From Ancylonema sp. (lineage: Eukaryota), in assembly GCA_050230475.1 (NCBI GenBank), contig JBFLGF010000070.1:1-63359 (forward strand): a stretch of DNA of 63,359 nt, written 5' to 3'. A program made the translations under genes and the position numbers. Positions 1-13,900 of this stretch are shown here, piece by piece. Under the pieces are notes generated by a model. That model was not told where the DNA came from. It did not search any database and saw nothing but the letters and a program-made list of their open reading frames with translations. How positions within the stretch are numbered: the stretch's first letter is position 1; each line of letters starts with the position of its first letter.

Positions 1-1
1 A

Positions 2-360
2 TTTTTGCCAATCAACGCGGTAATGAAAGTGTTGGCTCCATGGGTCTGTAATACCTCTTATTGGTCCCGGGAAGGTACTGCCCAACAAAACATCGTATTT
101 GTCGGAGGGTGTCAAATGAAGTTTGGCGTTAACCGAAGTTTGGTTTTTACCATGTCCAATTGTGATGGTGTATGCTTTCTTGGTAGTCCCCAAAGATTGT
201 TGGTATTTGCCATGTGAAGTTACGTATTCTTCTCCAGGATCAAGGTCTTGTTGTGTAAGCTTGAGTTGTTTGGAAAATTTGGTACCAATGGTCACGTTCT
301 CTGCACCCGAATCGAATATTGGTAGTGAAGGTTTCAACTTTCCACCAAACTGGACAGTTG
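2..360 (-). mobile_element. Retropepsin-type aspartic protease remnant, probably from a Ty3/gypsy-like LTR retrotransposon pol, truncated by the window edge
   Basis: Manual minus-strand translation is open to the window edge: PIFDSGAENVTIGTKFSKQL...KYDVLLGSTF. It has the DSGA catalytic motif and a downstream D-hydrophobic-LLG motif. There are stop codons upstream of ~360. Confidence 0.6.
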
Positions 361-1819
361 ATCATACACAAAAAAGGAACAAAGAATGAGAGGTTTAAGA
401 TTTGCTCTAATAAACGTGCAACGGTTGGTACGGTGCAGTCATTTGATGTAGGTATTTTATTGTGAACATTTATAAGTGTCAATGGTTGTGTAGAGAGTGT
501 TTGATGTCGCTTCATTGGCGTACCTCGCGTAGTTTAAACGGGTAATGATACAAGTGTGACCGATTAGTGGACCGGACATGGCCGGATAATTATAATTTTC
601 ATTGTATATTTTTCCCATACACGGTTTTTATGGTTTGTTCATTCAAGTTTAATGCAACCCAAACATCATTTCATGCGCGTACTCATTCGTTTCCAGTTTT
701 ACAATTGTTCATATTTGTGAATTTCATGTGAGGCAAGACAAGTAATATTCAACAAATGAGAGGATGATTATGATAAAAACATTGACATGCCATACATACC
801 GTAACATTAACATGAATCGTCGACCGTTGTCATTTTACAAACTTTGATAACAAACCAATACCCAAACATGAATATATGAAAAAATTATAAACATAAAATA
901 AAATACCATTTGTTACGTATATATTTCTCTAATAAAACCCATGTTCGTTAAACATAGAAAAAGTGGTTTATCAAATTATTGCTATGTACTTTTTTTTGGC
1001 TATAAAAAATTGCGCACTCTTCACATATTCCCCCCACAATACATCCGCTTCATAACGACATTACGAATTTATAAAGCGAACCTACCGCCGGTAAGGTTCT
1101 CCGGTAAGGTGCCTATCCAGGCTTCCCGGCTGCTAACTTCCCTTTGCCCCCCGCCGATTCGACCCTGGACCGCATGCGGCCGACGTGCGGATCATCACCC
1201 GTCGATTGTAACCTTCCAGTGACCACGCAGATAAGCTACCGTGATCTACAGGTCGTGGGCCGGGATTTTGAACACCAGGTACTCGTGTCTGCGACGGCCA
1301 CGTAGCCCAAATGGAGCTTCAAATTCTGGACAAGATTCGATCGAATACGACAAATCTTGACCGACGGCTCAGAGCGCTTAAGCTCAATTTGAGTCGTATC
1401 CACGGTCCCCAGCCCGCATTCCGAATAAAGACGAGGAACTCGCCGACAATTGGACGTTGCCCCAGACTCCTCGGACGTTGCCATAGCTAAGCCCTATTTA
1501 ATTTGGGTTTAATTTGGATCTGATTATCGGGGCCTTCCATATCGCCGCAAAACGACAAAATTAACTTACAGTGATGCAAAAAGTGTCAGAATCTGGATTC
1601 ACTCTGGCGCGACGCGGAGCAAACAGACGGGTTTCGAACGACCGGCTGTTGGCCGTTTAGATCTGCGAGTTCGGAAAGATCCCCGGTCGATAGCCGGGCA
1701 AGCGGAGGGGGCTATCTCCGCGGGCTAGCGGTCAACATTAGCGGCCACGATTAAATCGGCGGGAAAGGGGTCTGCGGTAAAATATTGGGGTAATATAACC
1801 CTGGGGGAGGAAGTCCCGG

Positions 1820-2540
1820 GCGAAAAAAAGTGAACGGCGCATGTTCGACGCACCGCCGCTTCCGATATAATGCTCGAATTACTACAACAAAAATCAAGAT
1901 GTTAGATTTTGTCTATAGCTTCAAAACGCTTTCTTCGAAATCCGATGACGGACGGTTGAGATACGGGCGTTTTAGTGAGAAAAAAATGAAGAGACTAAGC
2001 TCGGCCTCAGGATTCCTCGAGATAAGGCTTTTGAACAAAAGTGAACGAATGAACGGCGGAAAAAAATGAGATGAAGGAAAGTGAACGGATTTTTCGGTGT
2101 AAAGTGAACGTTGCGGTGAAAAAAAATCCAAAAAAATCTGGATTTTTTGTATAAAAACCGGGAGTATGTATCACGAGATCCTGATGTACGACATAACATT
2201 TCCGTTGGGTTTCAGACCCGGCCTAGAAACAATTGCAGTCGGAGAGTCACGGAATTGCAGCCGGTTCACAACTCCGGTCGGTGAATTTTGTAAAACTTTT
2301 TTTCGATACGGCGACAATTTAAATTATCTACCGCGCCCAAATTGCCCACCGTGGTCGGTTGGCGATCCGCAAATTTGGCGACCGAAAATTGATGTAACCA
2401 TACTAAAATTTGTGAAAGATAACGGGATTTGAGTGTAAAGTGAACGGAAAAAAATGACCGGGTCCGTTCAAAATCAGAAAATGAACGGCCTGAAACATCG
2501 AGATAAAGGTTCAAAACGAAAAGTGAACGGGCCAAAAAAA
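1820..2540. repeat. Dispersed AAAGTGAACG motif array, probably the subterminal repeats of a non-autonomous DNA transposon
   Basis: AAAGTGAACG or AATGAACG recurs about seven times between 1826 and 2531. Termini were not resolved. Confidence 0.4.
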
Positions 2541-3473
2541 GAACCTGTAGGCCGAGCTTAAACCTGAACCAAAAGTTAACGAAATTTTCACTATAAAAGG
2601 GTTTTAAACCCCTTCCGCTTATCGGATGACGTCCAAAAAGTGTGCGTTTTGAAGGTCTTAAGGTCATCTACCGTAATAAATAAAAATTGACTGAATCTGG
2701 TAAATGGATATCACGTTACGCGACATTAAGCAGGACTACCCAGAAATCTGGCGGGCGGAAGCTCCTCCCCGGAATATACCTTACCGGTTGCTAGAGTTGG
2801 GTTTAGGGCATTCACTATCACCGCCGACTTAGCCCGTTCGACTTGGCTTAAACGAAAGTAATCATTACCCATTCTTTTGCGTGTTTCGCTTAGCTTAGCC
2901 TTGCGGGTGGGGGTATCCCCGGAATTTCATGAAATTAAGCCAAGCCAGGACGGGGTCGTTATCGTCCGTCAGGAACTGGCACTTAATACTTAAATAATGC
3001 CGCAACCAGCGGCACGTGTGTAGAATCGGTCATCGTGGACCAATCCTAACTTGACTTGCAAGATTTGATTATCCGCCTCAAATGAATTCAGAGCAATTAC
3101 ACTCGCGCAATTACTTTGCTCATGTCCTGGTTTGATTTGACGAACCAATCGGAGGCTGCTAGCGATGTTGGTGTCGCCAGCGTGGAAACAGCGTCAGGAC
3201 CCGGCGAATCGTTTCGCTGGTCCGACCGTTCGTTGTTCGAAAGGTCGCCGAATCTGCCAAAATCCGTCGACAGATCTTCGTGACTGCCACCGTGGCACCA
3301 AATTCAAATCGAAATCGCGAAGTGCATACAGAAGTGCATAAGAAGTGCATACATAATTGATATTGTGATATTGGTTGTCCGTGAGCTCCATGTATAAATC
3401 TTAGTCCACCACTTCTTATTTGGTGGGAAATTTGGTGTATAACAAACTTGCTCTTCGGAATTTGTAATTCTTA

Positions 3474-3914
3474 GAGCATCCGCTACGGCCTCGCATATCA
3501 TCTTGATTTTCGACTTCTGCCATTAATATGCTCAAATCGTCCAAAATGGCGAACGTTACGGCCTGCGCATATCAAAATGATTATGCTCAGAACAGTCTGC
3601 CGGATGATTTACGCATATCTTGTCGCAAATTTCCCCAAAATTTGCGTAAATCATCGGGCTGAGCATAATCTATGGGCCAATCACATTCTCGTACGGTTCG
3701 CCTACGTGGCAGAAAACTTAAAAGTTTCATCCGGACCAATCGGAAATTAATTGTTCGCCTACGTGGCAAATATTTTGCTTCAGAAGCCTCATGCCGTAAC
3801 GTTTGCCAACGGATGCAAATTAAGCATATGTTAATTTGCCGCATGATAAATTGATCATCACCGAGCATATCTCCAAATTATGCTCAAAGATTTGCGAGGC
3901 CGTCGCGGATGCTC
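3474..3914. mobile_element. Tourist-like (PIF/Harbinger) MITE
   Basis: TIR GAGCATCCGCTACGGCCTCGCA / TGCGAGGCCGTCGCGGATGCTC, flanked by TTA and TAA. Contains an internal direct repeat, GTTCGCCTACGTGGCA x2. Confidence 0.85.
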
Positions 3915-5014
3915 TAAGGCAGCCTCCTCCCAATTCGATTTCCAGAATTTCTCGGCCGTACAAAACTTGAAATCAGGCAGCTTGATTTGCGTCACGAAGT
4001 ACATATGTTGACGTCCTGTTTCGCGAATCAAGCCAATCGAATCGGGCGACCATAAGAGATGCTGTAAGTCTTGTCGGGCGATAACGAATGCCCATTTTGG
4101 GTCGGAAAGACTTACTGTTGACTAATTTCGGGCGCAAGTACGGAAGCCAAGTCGAACGGGGCTTAAGTCGGAGGTGATAGTTAATGCCCTTATAAGGCTT
4201 AACCCCCCCCCCGATCATTATTATTAATTTTTAAATACTTCATGGGGAAAATATGGCGCGGCCATTGTAAATATTCATCTTCTTTCTTGTAATTTTACTC
4301 TTTTCCTCTACCTTTCACATCCCTTGCTTCTCCAAAGCCGGATGTGTGCCAGAGTCGGGTGCTATTTTCGGCCAATGAAAGGGTGAAAGAAATAAGATCG
4401 TTATAAATAGCGTGTGGTTCATCTCCCGCTACTGCGGGTTCACGCCCGCCAGTGCCCCTCCCTTCTGCCCTCACCAGCTGAATCGCTGCCACGAATTAAT
4501 CGCATCGTGTGCATGCATCTCCATTCTCAGAAAATTTACGATGGATCGGTTGCTATGACTTGAAAGTATTAGCATTACAAATAAAAAAAAACAACGAAAA
4601 AATATTTCACTCTTTGTGTGCATTTTTGCTTGAAATATCATTTCGTGAATCTTTTATTATTCTGGTATCATAAAATTGCGCCGTAACAAATAAACTGAAG
4701 CTATTCACACCAACATTGAAGCGGGCATCTCCGCTTTCAATTTAAATTTGAATCGGCGAAGAGCGGATAAGTCGTGTATTGCGGATGACGAAAGCCCTCA
4801 GTGAAAGGTACGAAGATAGAGACGGGTACACTGGAGGTCGAAAACGAGAGGGAGAGGAGGCTACCATAAATTTCACGCCGTTTCGCTGATGTGGCACACG
4901 CACGTGCTAAACAGTAACAACGGAAATCGCTGCTAGGGGATGCGCAGGTTTCGTCATAGCGTGCGCCGGGTCAATTGTTCGCGTACAACGAATATTTGTC
5001 GATCGGCAGTGGCG

Positions 5015-5570
5015 AAACCGGTAAAACTCGCACATTGCCTGGCGCACACATTTTTGGCGCATACTATATTAATTAGTTTGACCACGCTGGATCACCGTCT
5101 TGGCACAAATAAATTATTAAAATTGACGAAATTTCGGCGCACCAATATAAAATAGCGGAAATTCAAAGTCCACATCGATAACATAATTTCTAGAATCACT
5201 ATGGCGAGAAGTGCTTGATCAGGATTTGCTCCACGTCACGACCTCTAAGCTGCGTAACCCCGGGCTCGTGTACAAAAAGCGGTCTTTGGCCCCATTTTTG
5301 GAGGTCGTTGAGTTCGAAGACCCGAAAACCCACGGGTTAAGGGCTCTCTCCTGCTCCTTACAGGGTGGCGCAAGTAAATTTGGATCATATTAAATAAAGA
5401 GGAAAAGCCCTGGCGCAACTATTTTTTGGATAATTTTTATTAATTAAATTTTGCCTGGCGCACACTTCTGGCGCGTACTTTATAAAATTTTGGTTGGCGC
5501 AACTTTTTGGAGCGTACTTCTAATAATTATTTTTCGGATTTGCTAGCGCATTATCTGTGGCCGCTACGGT
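5015..5570. repeat. TGGCGCA-motif-rich repeat, likely a non-autonomous DNA transposon
   Basis: More than ten (T)GGCGC(A)-like motifs are clustered near both ends. The segment ends in ...CTACGG-TA and abuts the truncated end of the next MITE. Confidence 0.4.
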
Positions 5571-5571
5571 A

Positions 5572-6074
5572 TATGAAAACCCACTCCATATAGTTACAAT
5601 CGCTATAGTGACACACTTTATAGTGACCAAAAATTCCAAGATTTTGCTATTGAGATATCACTATGGAGTGAAACCTATTTAAATTAACGTTGTGCAAATT
5701 GATAACCTCCTAAACATGATAGAAAAGCTTCCGCCCGGGTTAAGGTTTACACCCCAGAATCTGACGTGTATATAAATAACCTGTCTAAATTAATATTTTA
5801 AACCGGTCTTGACATTATTAAATTACAGAGGTTTTATTGTAGCGAGTGGATATTGCAACAAACGCCATGTAGATGGCAATAAGAACCGTTGCGCCCCCAA
5901 TCTCGTAGCTGAAAATAACCTCAATTTAACTTTTCTTCGATACAGTGACATTTGCCCAGTGCCGTCCTATCAAATGTCACTATACAGTGTACATAGACAC
6001 CCAATGACATACAGTGGCATTCGTTATGGTGACATTGTTTCCCACAAAATTGTCACTATATCAAGAGTTTACTG
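5572..6074 (-). mobile_element. Tc1/mariner (pogo-like) composite MITE, copy A, truncated on the left
   Basis: Ends ...ATCAAGAGTTTACTG|TA and is the reverse-complement homolog of 6077-6631. It has GTCACTATA/TATAGTGAC subterminal motifs and a nested 174-bp MITE at 5666-5839. Confidence 0.75.
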
Positions 6075-6076
6075 TA

Positions 6077-6631
6077 CAGTATAGTCTTGATAAAGTTTTA
6101 TGGACATAGGGATTTGCTGTCACTATATCGATTGTAGGGCTGTCACTATACACTGTGTAGTGACATTTGATAGGACGACAATAGGCAAATGCCACTATAT
6201 CGAGAGAAAGTGAAATTCAGGTCGGCATTTTTAAGGGAGGTGGCTCATCTAAAACGGCGTTTGTTATAATACCCTCTCGCTACACGGAAACCTCTCTACA
6301 TGACGAATGTCGGAACGTTAAAAAAAATGAAATTAGGCTGGTCATTAATTTACACGTCAGATTTTGGGTGAAAAACCGAGAGCGGGCGAACTATTTTCTA
6401 TTATATTAGAGAGGTTACTAATTTTCATCGTATGCATTTAGACAGGTCTCACCGTATAGTGACATCGTAATATTAAAATATATGAATTATCGGTCACTAT
6501 AACGTGTGTCACTTTAGCGATTGTCAATATATACTGTAGGTTTTCATTCAAGAATATAAAAAGGGCAAAAAACAAAGTCGTTATATCGAGAATGTCACTG
6601 TAGAGTGTGTCACGATATCAAGATTGCGTTG
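6077..6631 (+). mobile_element. Tc1/mariner (pogo-like) composite MITE, copy B
   Basis: TA|CAGTATAGTCTTGATA ... GTGTCACGATATCAAGATTGCGTTG|TA. It has GTCACTATA motifs and a nested small MITE at 6283-6454. Confidence 0.75.
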
Positions 6632-6725
6632 TAGTTGGCTCCGCCCCGGACGTTTTTTTTTCGCCCGGGGCGAGTCCGCCCGGGTCTCAAAAGCGGGGCA
6701 AAGTTTCCGGGGCGAAGCCTTAGGC
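6632..6725. repeat. Short GC-rich hairpin element (MITE-like), copy 1
   Basis: TAGTTGGCTCCGCCCC...GGGGCGAAGCC, homologous to 7508-7604. Confidence 0.55.
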
Positions 6726-6967
6726 CAAAATACAACCCACAAAAAAAAAAAAAAAAAAAAAAAAACCGCAATTGGATATATGGTCGGTTTTGTTCAAAAC
6801 CGACTTCTTACAAAGTGTGCGGCATACGCTGCACGTCCGACATCATCTAATGTCACCCATGAATCCGACTCCGTGGCGTGGCGTGGTATAATGCGATATA
6901 AATAAAAAGTATAAAAATGAAACATGAGATATACAAAAGAATATTACACGGGTAAAGATGGTAGGCG

Positions 6968-7396
6968 CGCTGATGCACCGGGATGGGGCCCGTATTCCGA
7001 ACGGCAGGTTTTCCGCACGGGGCCGAGAGCAATCTGTCGTCCTTGGCAAATGCAAACGTGTGCGGATTGTACGGATGCAAACGTTTGCGTGCAGATTTTT
7101 TTTTAAAATAACTTTTTGGAAGTTACACAAAACATTGGTCACGATTTAATGGTGAGCGGCATGAACCAATGATGACGAGTGCTACAAAATTTCGTACTAC
7201 AATTACCGGAAGTGTACGACAGGTAAACCAAAGAAATACGTTGTGAAAGTTTGCAAATCGTTTGCAAATTCGAACGTTTGCAAATGCAAACTTTTTGAAA
7301 ACGCCGTTTGCAACTTTCGCCGTACGCAAGGAGTCCGTACGAACGCGTTTGCAATACTGCGTTTGCAAGCATTTTTGCCGTCCCGGTGCATCAATG
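6968..7396. mobile_element. hAT-type MITE
   Basis: TIRs CGCTGATGCACCGGGATGG / CCGTCCCGGTGCATCAATG. Perfect 8-bp TSD GGTAGGCG at 6960-6967 and 7397-7404. Multiple TTTGCA(AA) internal motifs. Confidence 0.9.
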
Positions 7397-7507
7397 GGTA
7401 GGCGTACTTAGTGGTGTAAAAATTCGAATACTTTTTGGATTTGAGTCTTAAAAATATGTACATGATCTACATGGTCTTGGGATCCTTCTGCTGAAAACAT
7501 TAAAAAT

Positions 7508-7604
7508 CATGTATGACTCCGCCCCGGGCGGAAAATGATCCGCCCGGGGCGGGCCCGCCCGGGGTGGAAAGCGGGGCGGGATTTGCGGGGCGGAGTCAAC
7601 TATG
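7508..7604. repeat. Short GC-rich hairpin element (MITE-like), copy 2
   Basis: Inverted termini CATGTATGACTCCGCCCC...GGGGCGGAGTCAACTATG. Confidence 0.6.
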
Positions 7605-7707
7605 ATTTTAGCATTCTTTTGTTGCGTTGTTTTCCGCAAGCTCCGTCTCAAGCGCCGGCCTCAAATGAAAACGCTCCGAGCGGCTTGCCGGGACGCGAAC
7701 CTCAATA

Positions 7708-8803
<1,096 letters not shown>

Positions 8804-10934
8804 TATAAGCGCTCCAAGAAAAGGCGGGAAAAGTTTTTATTGATCGACTGCCACACCAAAGATGGGTGCCCAATCACATCTTGTGAGTAAAAACGAAATT
8901 AAAAGTCTTACGATAAGTTTCCTGAAATGGTTGTATTCTTATGACGAAATCTTATAATAACATGGTTGGAGTGTACTTCCGTAGGATTTTGGAATCATAT
9001 TACCAATGTTGAGAGTTCCTTCAATTCCGTAGAACAATCGAACAACAATCTGAGCCAAAAACGATTGGTCTCGACGTAACATATCGATACACAATTGCAA
9101 GGGTATCCAATCCACTAGTACACCACCAATACGTTAAGGCCAAAGGACGCATAATTATATTCAGGGGTCACAATACGCGTGTTGTTCGGACATGCCCTTA
9201 CGGTTTGTACCGTACCCGTCATGTTTATAGGCCAGCAAATTTGTTTTTTCTCAGGTATGGCCGAGTTGTAGGGCTTCAAAATAGATACAAAAGTCCATCG
9301 TGGAGCCTTGAGTACATGTAAATCTGGCCATCAACGTTAGGGCATTATCATATGGAAGTAAGTAATTTCTGGGGGTGGGGTGGGGATTGAAAAGTCATCG
9401 TTAGGGGGGTGAGTCTGAAGGGTCTATGGGGTATCTGCTCATTGTGGGGTGGGATGGGGCTATAAACCTTGCGGCTATGGAAACATAAGAGATGGACGCG
9501 AAAAAAACCGTTATATACATCGTTTAACGACATCATTAAGAGATTTGCAAGTTTGATTCAACAATGATGAGAGTCGACACATTTATATTGATGCCACTTT
9601 TGGGGGGTAGAAAAAATGGAGCGGTTGAAGTTGTGTTTTAAAATTTATATGGAGTTTCGTTGTATCGCGGGTCATAGATATTGTTTTCCTTTGCGAACAA
9701 TCTCCGGAGACAATTCATATCTTTATTTGTTTCCCCGTTCCCCGTTTCCGACCACCAGAGTACCCCAAATACCGAGGTACCCACACCCATATCCTTACTT
9801 AGGGACACCGTCGCCGCCAAGGAACACATAAGCTTGGACTTCCAAGTTACGTGTCATGATCCACTATCGCTCAAAACCCGTTGAAAAAGTGATCGGGGCG
9901 GCCACTTTTATTTGGATGATTTGGGTTTTTTCTTTGGGGTTTTGCTTTGCTTTGAAGGTTGTGCCTGTACATGGAGGTACCTATAGAGAAAGACAACGAT
10001 ATCACCTTATGAAGCGCAAGACGTATCGTTTTGTTTTGAGTTGTGAATATGTCCCCTCTGCCCGCATAGCTTCGAGAAATGAGAACTATCAAGGGGCGCA
10101 ACCCTTGAATGATAAGGATGCTAACGAAAGAATACAAGTAGAAATACACGAGACGCGTCTTACCATATGTAGCGTACGCCGCATCTAAATATACTAGTCT
10201 GTAATTTAGAAGTATAGATCTATGGGTAAAACACGTACGACTTTGAACCATCCTTGTACCCCAATCCCCCGATCCAAGATCACGTTTCGATCAGATGGGG
10301 CCCGAGCAAGATTGGCGCCAGATCGGAGATTCCCAATCGGATCGGGCCACACAGTGCATCAACCCAGATTCAGACGGATGTTGTTTTGTATGTAGTGATG
10401 AGGGGTATGCTTTCGGAGTCGAGCATGAGTGGGTGGGTGATCGACTTGATGTTTGGCACTAGGGCACACATTTGATGTCATCCGGTTGGTGGTCATTGTT
10501 TCGGACCCTCCCGTCCACGAGAGGGAAACAAAAAACCGCCTTATGGACGTGAGCACGGATGTGATGTATGTCATCCTCCGCAATTGTTGGCTATTTATTC
10601 ATATGAATATTCTTGCTATGGTTTCAGGTCAAAAGTCATCCCTCCGACCGTGTCGCGTGCTCTCTATATTCCCTACACCATATGCACTCTGTAGACTTGA
10701 ATCTTCTACACCCAACCCGGAGTCCCGGACACGTATCAACATTACTTGGAAAGTAAAACCTACAGATTTGTGATGGAATATCAATGGCAGTTTAGAGGCT
10801 GTCTAAAGAATTCATTTTCCTTTCGTACCTCATTCCTATGCATGTCCATTGCACTGTATGTACAAAGGGGTGTTATCTAAACCAAGTAACACTACGAATG
10901 GCACCACGTATGGCGTTTCCGCTCCCTTTTTTCG

Positions 10935-13900
10935 TTACGTTTGCCAGAACTCCGCCGGGTCTTCGGCGTACACGGTCCTGTCCTGGATTTCTAGATTCGC
11001 CACGTGTCGGTCCACCACTCGCGCCTGTATGCATTTGCACGCCACCAGCGCCGTGGCAAAGAGCCACCAAAGGCCGCCCTCGCCCTCCCCCCCCCTGCAT
11101 CACCAGGAGAAATTCGATTCCGTGTCATTCAACCCCAGCTTGATGACGACCTACAATGGGTCAAGGACCGAAAACGAGGTGGCCACTATTGGACTTGACC
11201 ACAGAATGGATGTTGGCAAGACGCCCCTTTGCCCTGCTCGGCGGCCCATGCCCCCACTTACACTATGGGGGGAAATAGGAGGTGCTGATGCACAAAGCCG
11301 TACGCAAACGCCACCATCTGACCCTCACCCCACACCCACACCCACATAGTTGAGTGGTCCCTGTTGCCCCCCGCCTGTTGCCCTTCCCTCCCCTCACCGC
11401 ATTGGACAGCGACGCTGCGTTCCACAGGCCGTACAGCCGACCCATGGACGCACCACGAGTGGGCCCGGTGGAGAATAGTGCCACCAGGCCCGTCACGGCG
11501 GAGCAGATGGGGGCGAAGGGGAGGAGTAGCAGGACGGCCAGGAGGGCGAGGAGGGACAGCGAATAGAATTGGAGGAGGAGGAGGGAGTAGAGGGAGAAGT
11601 CCGCCAGCAGCAGCAGCGACACGGCAAGCCCCACCGCGGCGTCGTGTCCGGGGGGGCGGACGTTGCGGAGAAGGAGGGAGGAAGACATGGCCACCCACCC
11701 GCCACGCCACTCCAACACAGAATCGAGGTTGGAAGAGCGGATGACCTCCACTGCCCCCCCCCCCGCTGCCCCCAACTGGTTCCCCATGAGCGGCCGCTGT
11801 GCCTCCTCCAGGGGGGAGGAGCGGGAGGAGGTTGGGGAGTGGGCGCTGCGCGGAACCATTTGGGAGAGGCGTGGGGAGGTGGGGCGCTGCAGACGGGGGC
11901 TGGGGGGGGTGGTGTTGTAGCGGAAGGAGGGGGGCGATTGGGAGCGCGGAGAGGAAGGAAGGGAGGTGACCGACCTCCCCCTGCACCCAAACCCAAACAG
12001 GAGGTGAGGAGGGAAGGAATGAGACCCGCCTCTCTGCTCTCACACCTTCTTCTCCTTCCCTCCTCCTCCTCACCTGGACGTCACCGAAGTACGCCCGCTT
12101 GGTCCTCCCCACCCCTCCCCTGACAGGGAAACGGTTGTGGGTCTGTCCTCTGACAGGGAGGAGATCCTGACCCCCATCTGGAAGTAGTGGGAGGCGGCCC
12201 CCTGCGCCTCCCTCATCTGCGCCACCTCCATCTTCACCCCCCGCTGACTCAGGAAGGGGTCGCAGTGCGTCTCCACCCACCGCAGGAGGGGCGGCAGCTG
12301 GGAGCGCAGACTGCCTCGACGCAGTAGTCTTAGCTGCGCGTTGAGTCCTGCCACCATTCTGTACCTGTGGGTGGGGGGGATGAGGGGCTGAACCAGAGTG
12401 GTCAACAGGTTGTCGGACTGGAGGTGCCACGGCTGGAGGTAACTGCCCTCCCCACCAAACACGAGGACGGTGGGGAGGCGGGAGCGGAAGGAGGGTGGGA
12501 GGTCGGGTCGCTTCTCGTCCCCCCCCAGGAACACGTCGCAGTACCCCAGCATGAGGTCCACTGTGGCTCCCACCTTGAGTCCCTCGTACACCGCGCGGCT
12601 GCGGCAGCTGCGCAGACAGGAGTGGTCGTATTCCGACTTCACAAAAGACCTCAGCCGATGGACCTTCTTCATTCTCCTCCAGTGCTGCCACGCGGGTGCC
12701 AGCGGGTACGCCACGGCGGCCGTGACCGCGTACACGCACGCCTCCCACCACGCGTACGCGGCTTCACGGTTCAACTCCGACACAAACCGGTTGTACGCGT
12801 CCTCGTACACAAGCTCTGCCACCTGGGGGGGGGGCGTGTGCTGGAGGTGGAAGGGGTTGCTGAACGAGTTTGCCCCATGGAAGTAGATTCTGTGCATGTG
12901 CCCTGCACTCTCCACCTGGCGCGCGCTCTCCATCACCTCGCTCAGCGACTCAAGGAAGGCAGAGGAGTGGTCCGCTGTAGGGTCGCGGTCTGCCAGGTAG
13001 GAGGAGAGGGGGGGGGTGGCGCTGTCTTCCACGCTCACCATCTTCATTCTCGCTGTGGTGAGTGTGAGTGCGAGGAAGAGGAGCACCAGGCAGGTGCCGA
13101 AGCCAAACGGGAGGGGACCCCCCAACTGCTCCACCAGCTCCTCCAGGGGAGTGTTGCAGCGGGGGAGGGAGTACCTGGGGGAGGGGGCAGGCAGGGGAGG
13201 GGATTCGTTGCACTGCAGGGCTACCCAACCCCATTCATCATTCATCCTTCATCCTTTACCCTTCAGTCTTCATCCTTCATCCTTCCTCAGTCCTCATTCT
13301 AGATGCGGCTACCATGCCACAGTGGAGGACATCACAACAGATAGCTGCAGCCATGCTTGCTCCGTATGTGGAAACCACCTGATTTGTGAAGTTGGGTGGA
13401 TGAAGTGTAGGCACAGAAATAAGGTTAAAGCACTCTTCTTTCTTCGCATTGCAAGTGGAGTAAGATTTAGACACTAGAAGAGAGAGGTCCCCTTTTAGAC
13501 CTGATCCCCTCCCCTCCTTCCCGCTGGGTTCCCCTTCTCACTTGGAGGAGTCGCATACAAATGGGCAGGGAGCACTGGCCACCCCTCCCCTCTTGGCCAC
13601 AAAGGTGGCATGCAGGGGGAGGAAGCGAGTTGGGCATTCTTTGCACAGGGACTCGCTGGACCCCACCGTGTCCTTGTAGCGACCCACAGGGCACTCCTCA
13701 CACAGCAGGCCATACAGACCAGGGGGGCAGGGGAGTGCAGTGAGGGACCCGCTGTCACCCCCACCACCAGTGGCAAGCCCCGCGCCTCCCCGAGTTTGGA
13801 ACGCCTCCTTCAACTTGCGCGCGATGTCTGTGCGCGCCGTGTACGCGTCACCCGCCTCCAGGGACGACCATTCAAAGTGGACGCGGCCGCCCCCCCCCCC

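Noticed and set aside
1820..7400. Regularly recurring motifs resembling a CRISPR or iteron array
   Set aside because: The motifs are short, irregularly spaced and, where termini are resolved, bounded by TIRs and TSDs. They fit transposon subterminal repeats in a eukaryotic context with no cas genes.
8810..10800. Possible coding remnants in the intergenic region
   Set aside because: No recognisable motifs or consistent exon chain were found.
13277..13474. 65-aa ORF as an extra exon of the membrane-protein gene
   Set aside because: The family sequence runs directly from CPFVCDSSK to YSLPRCNTPLEEL, so this lies in an intron.
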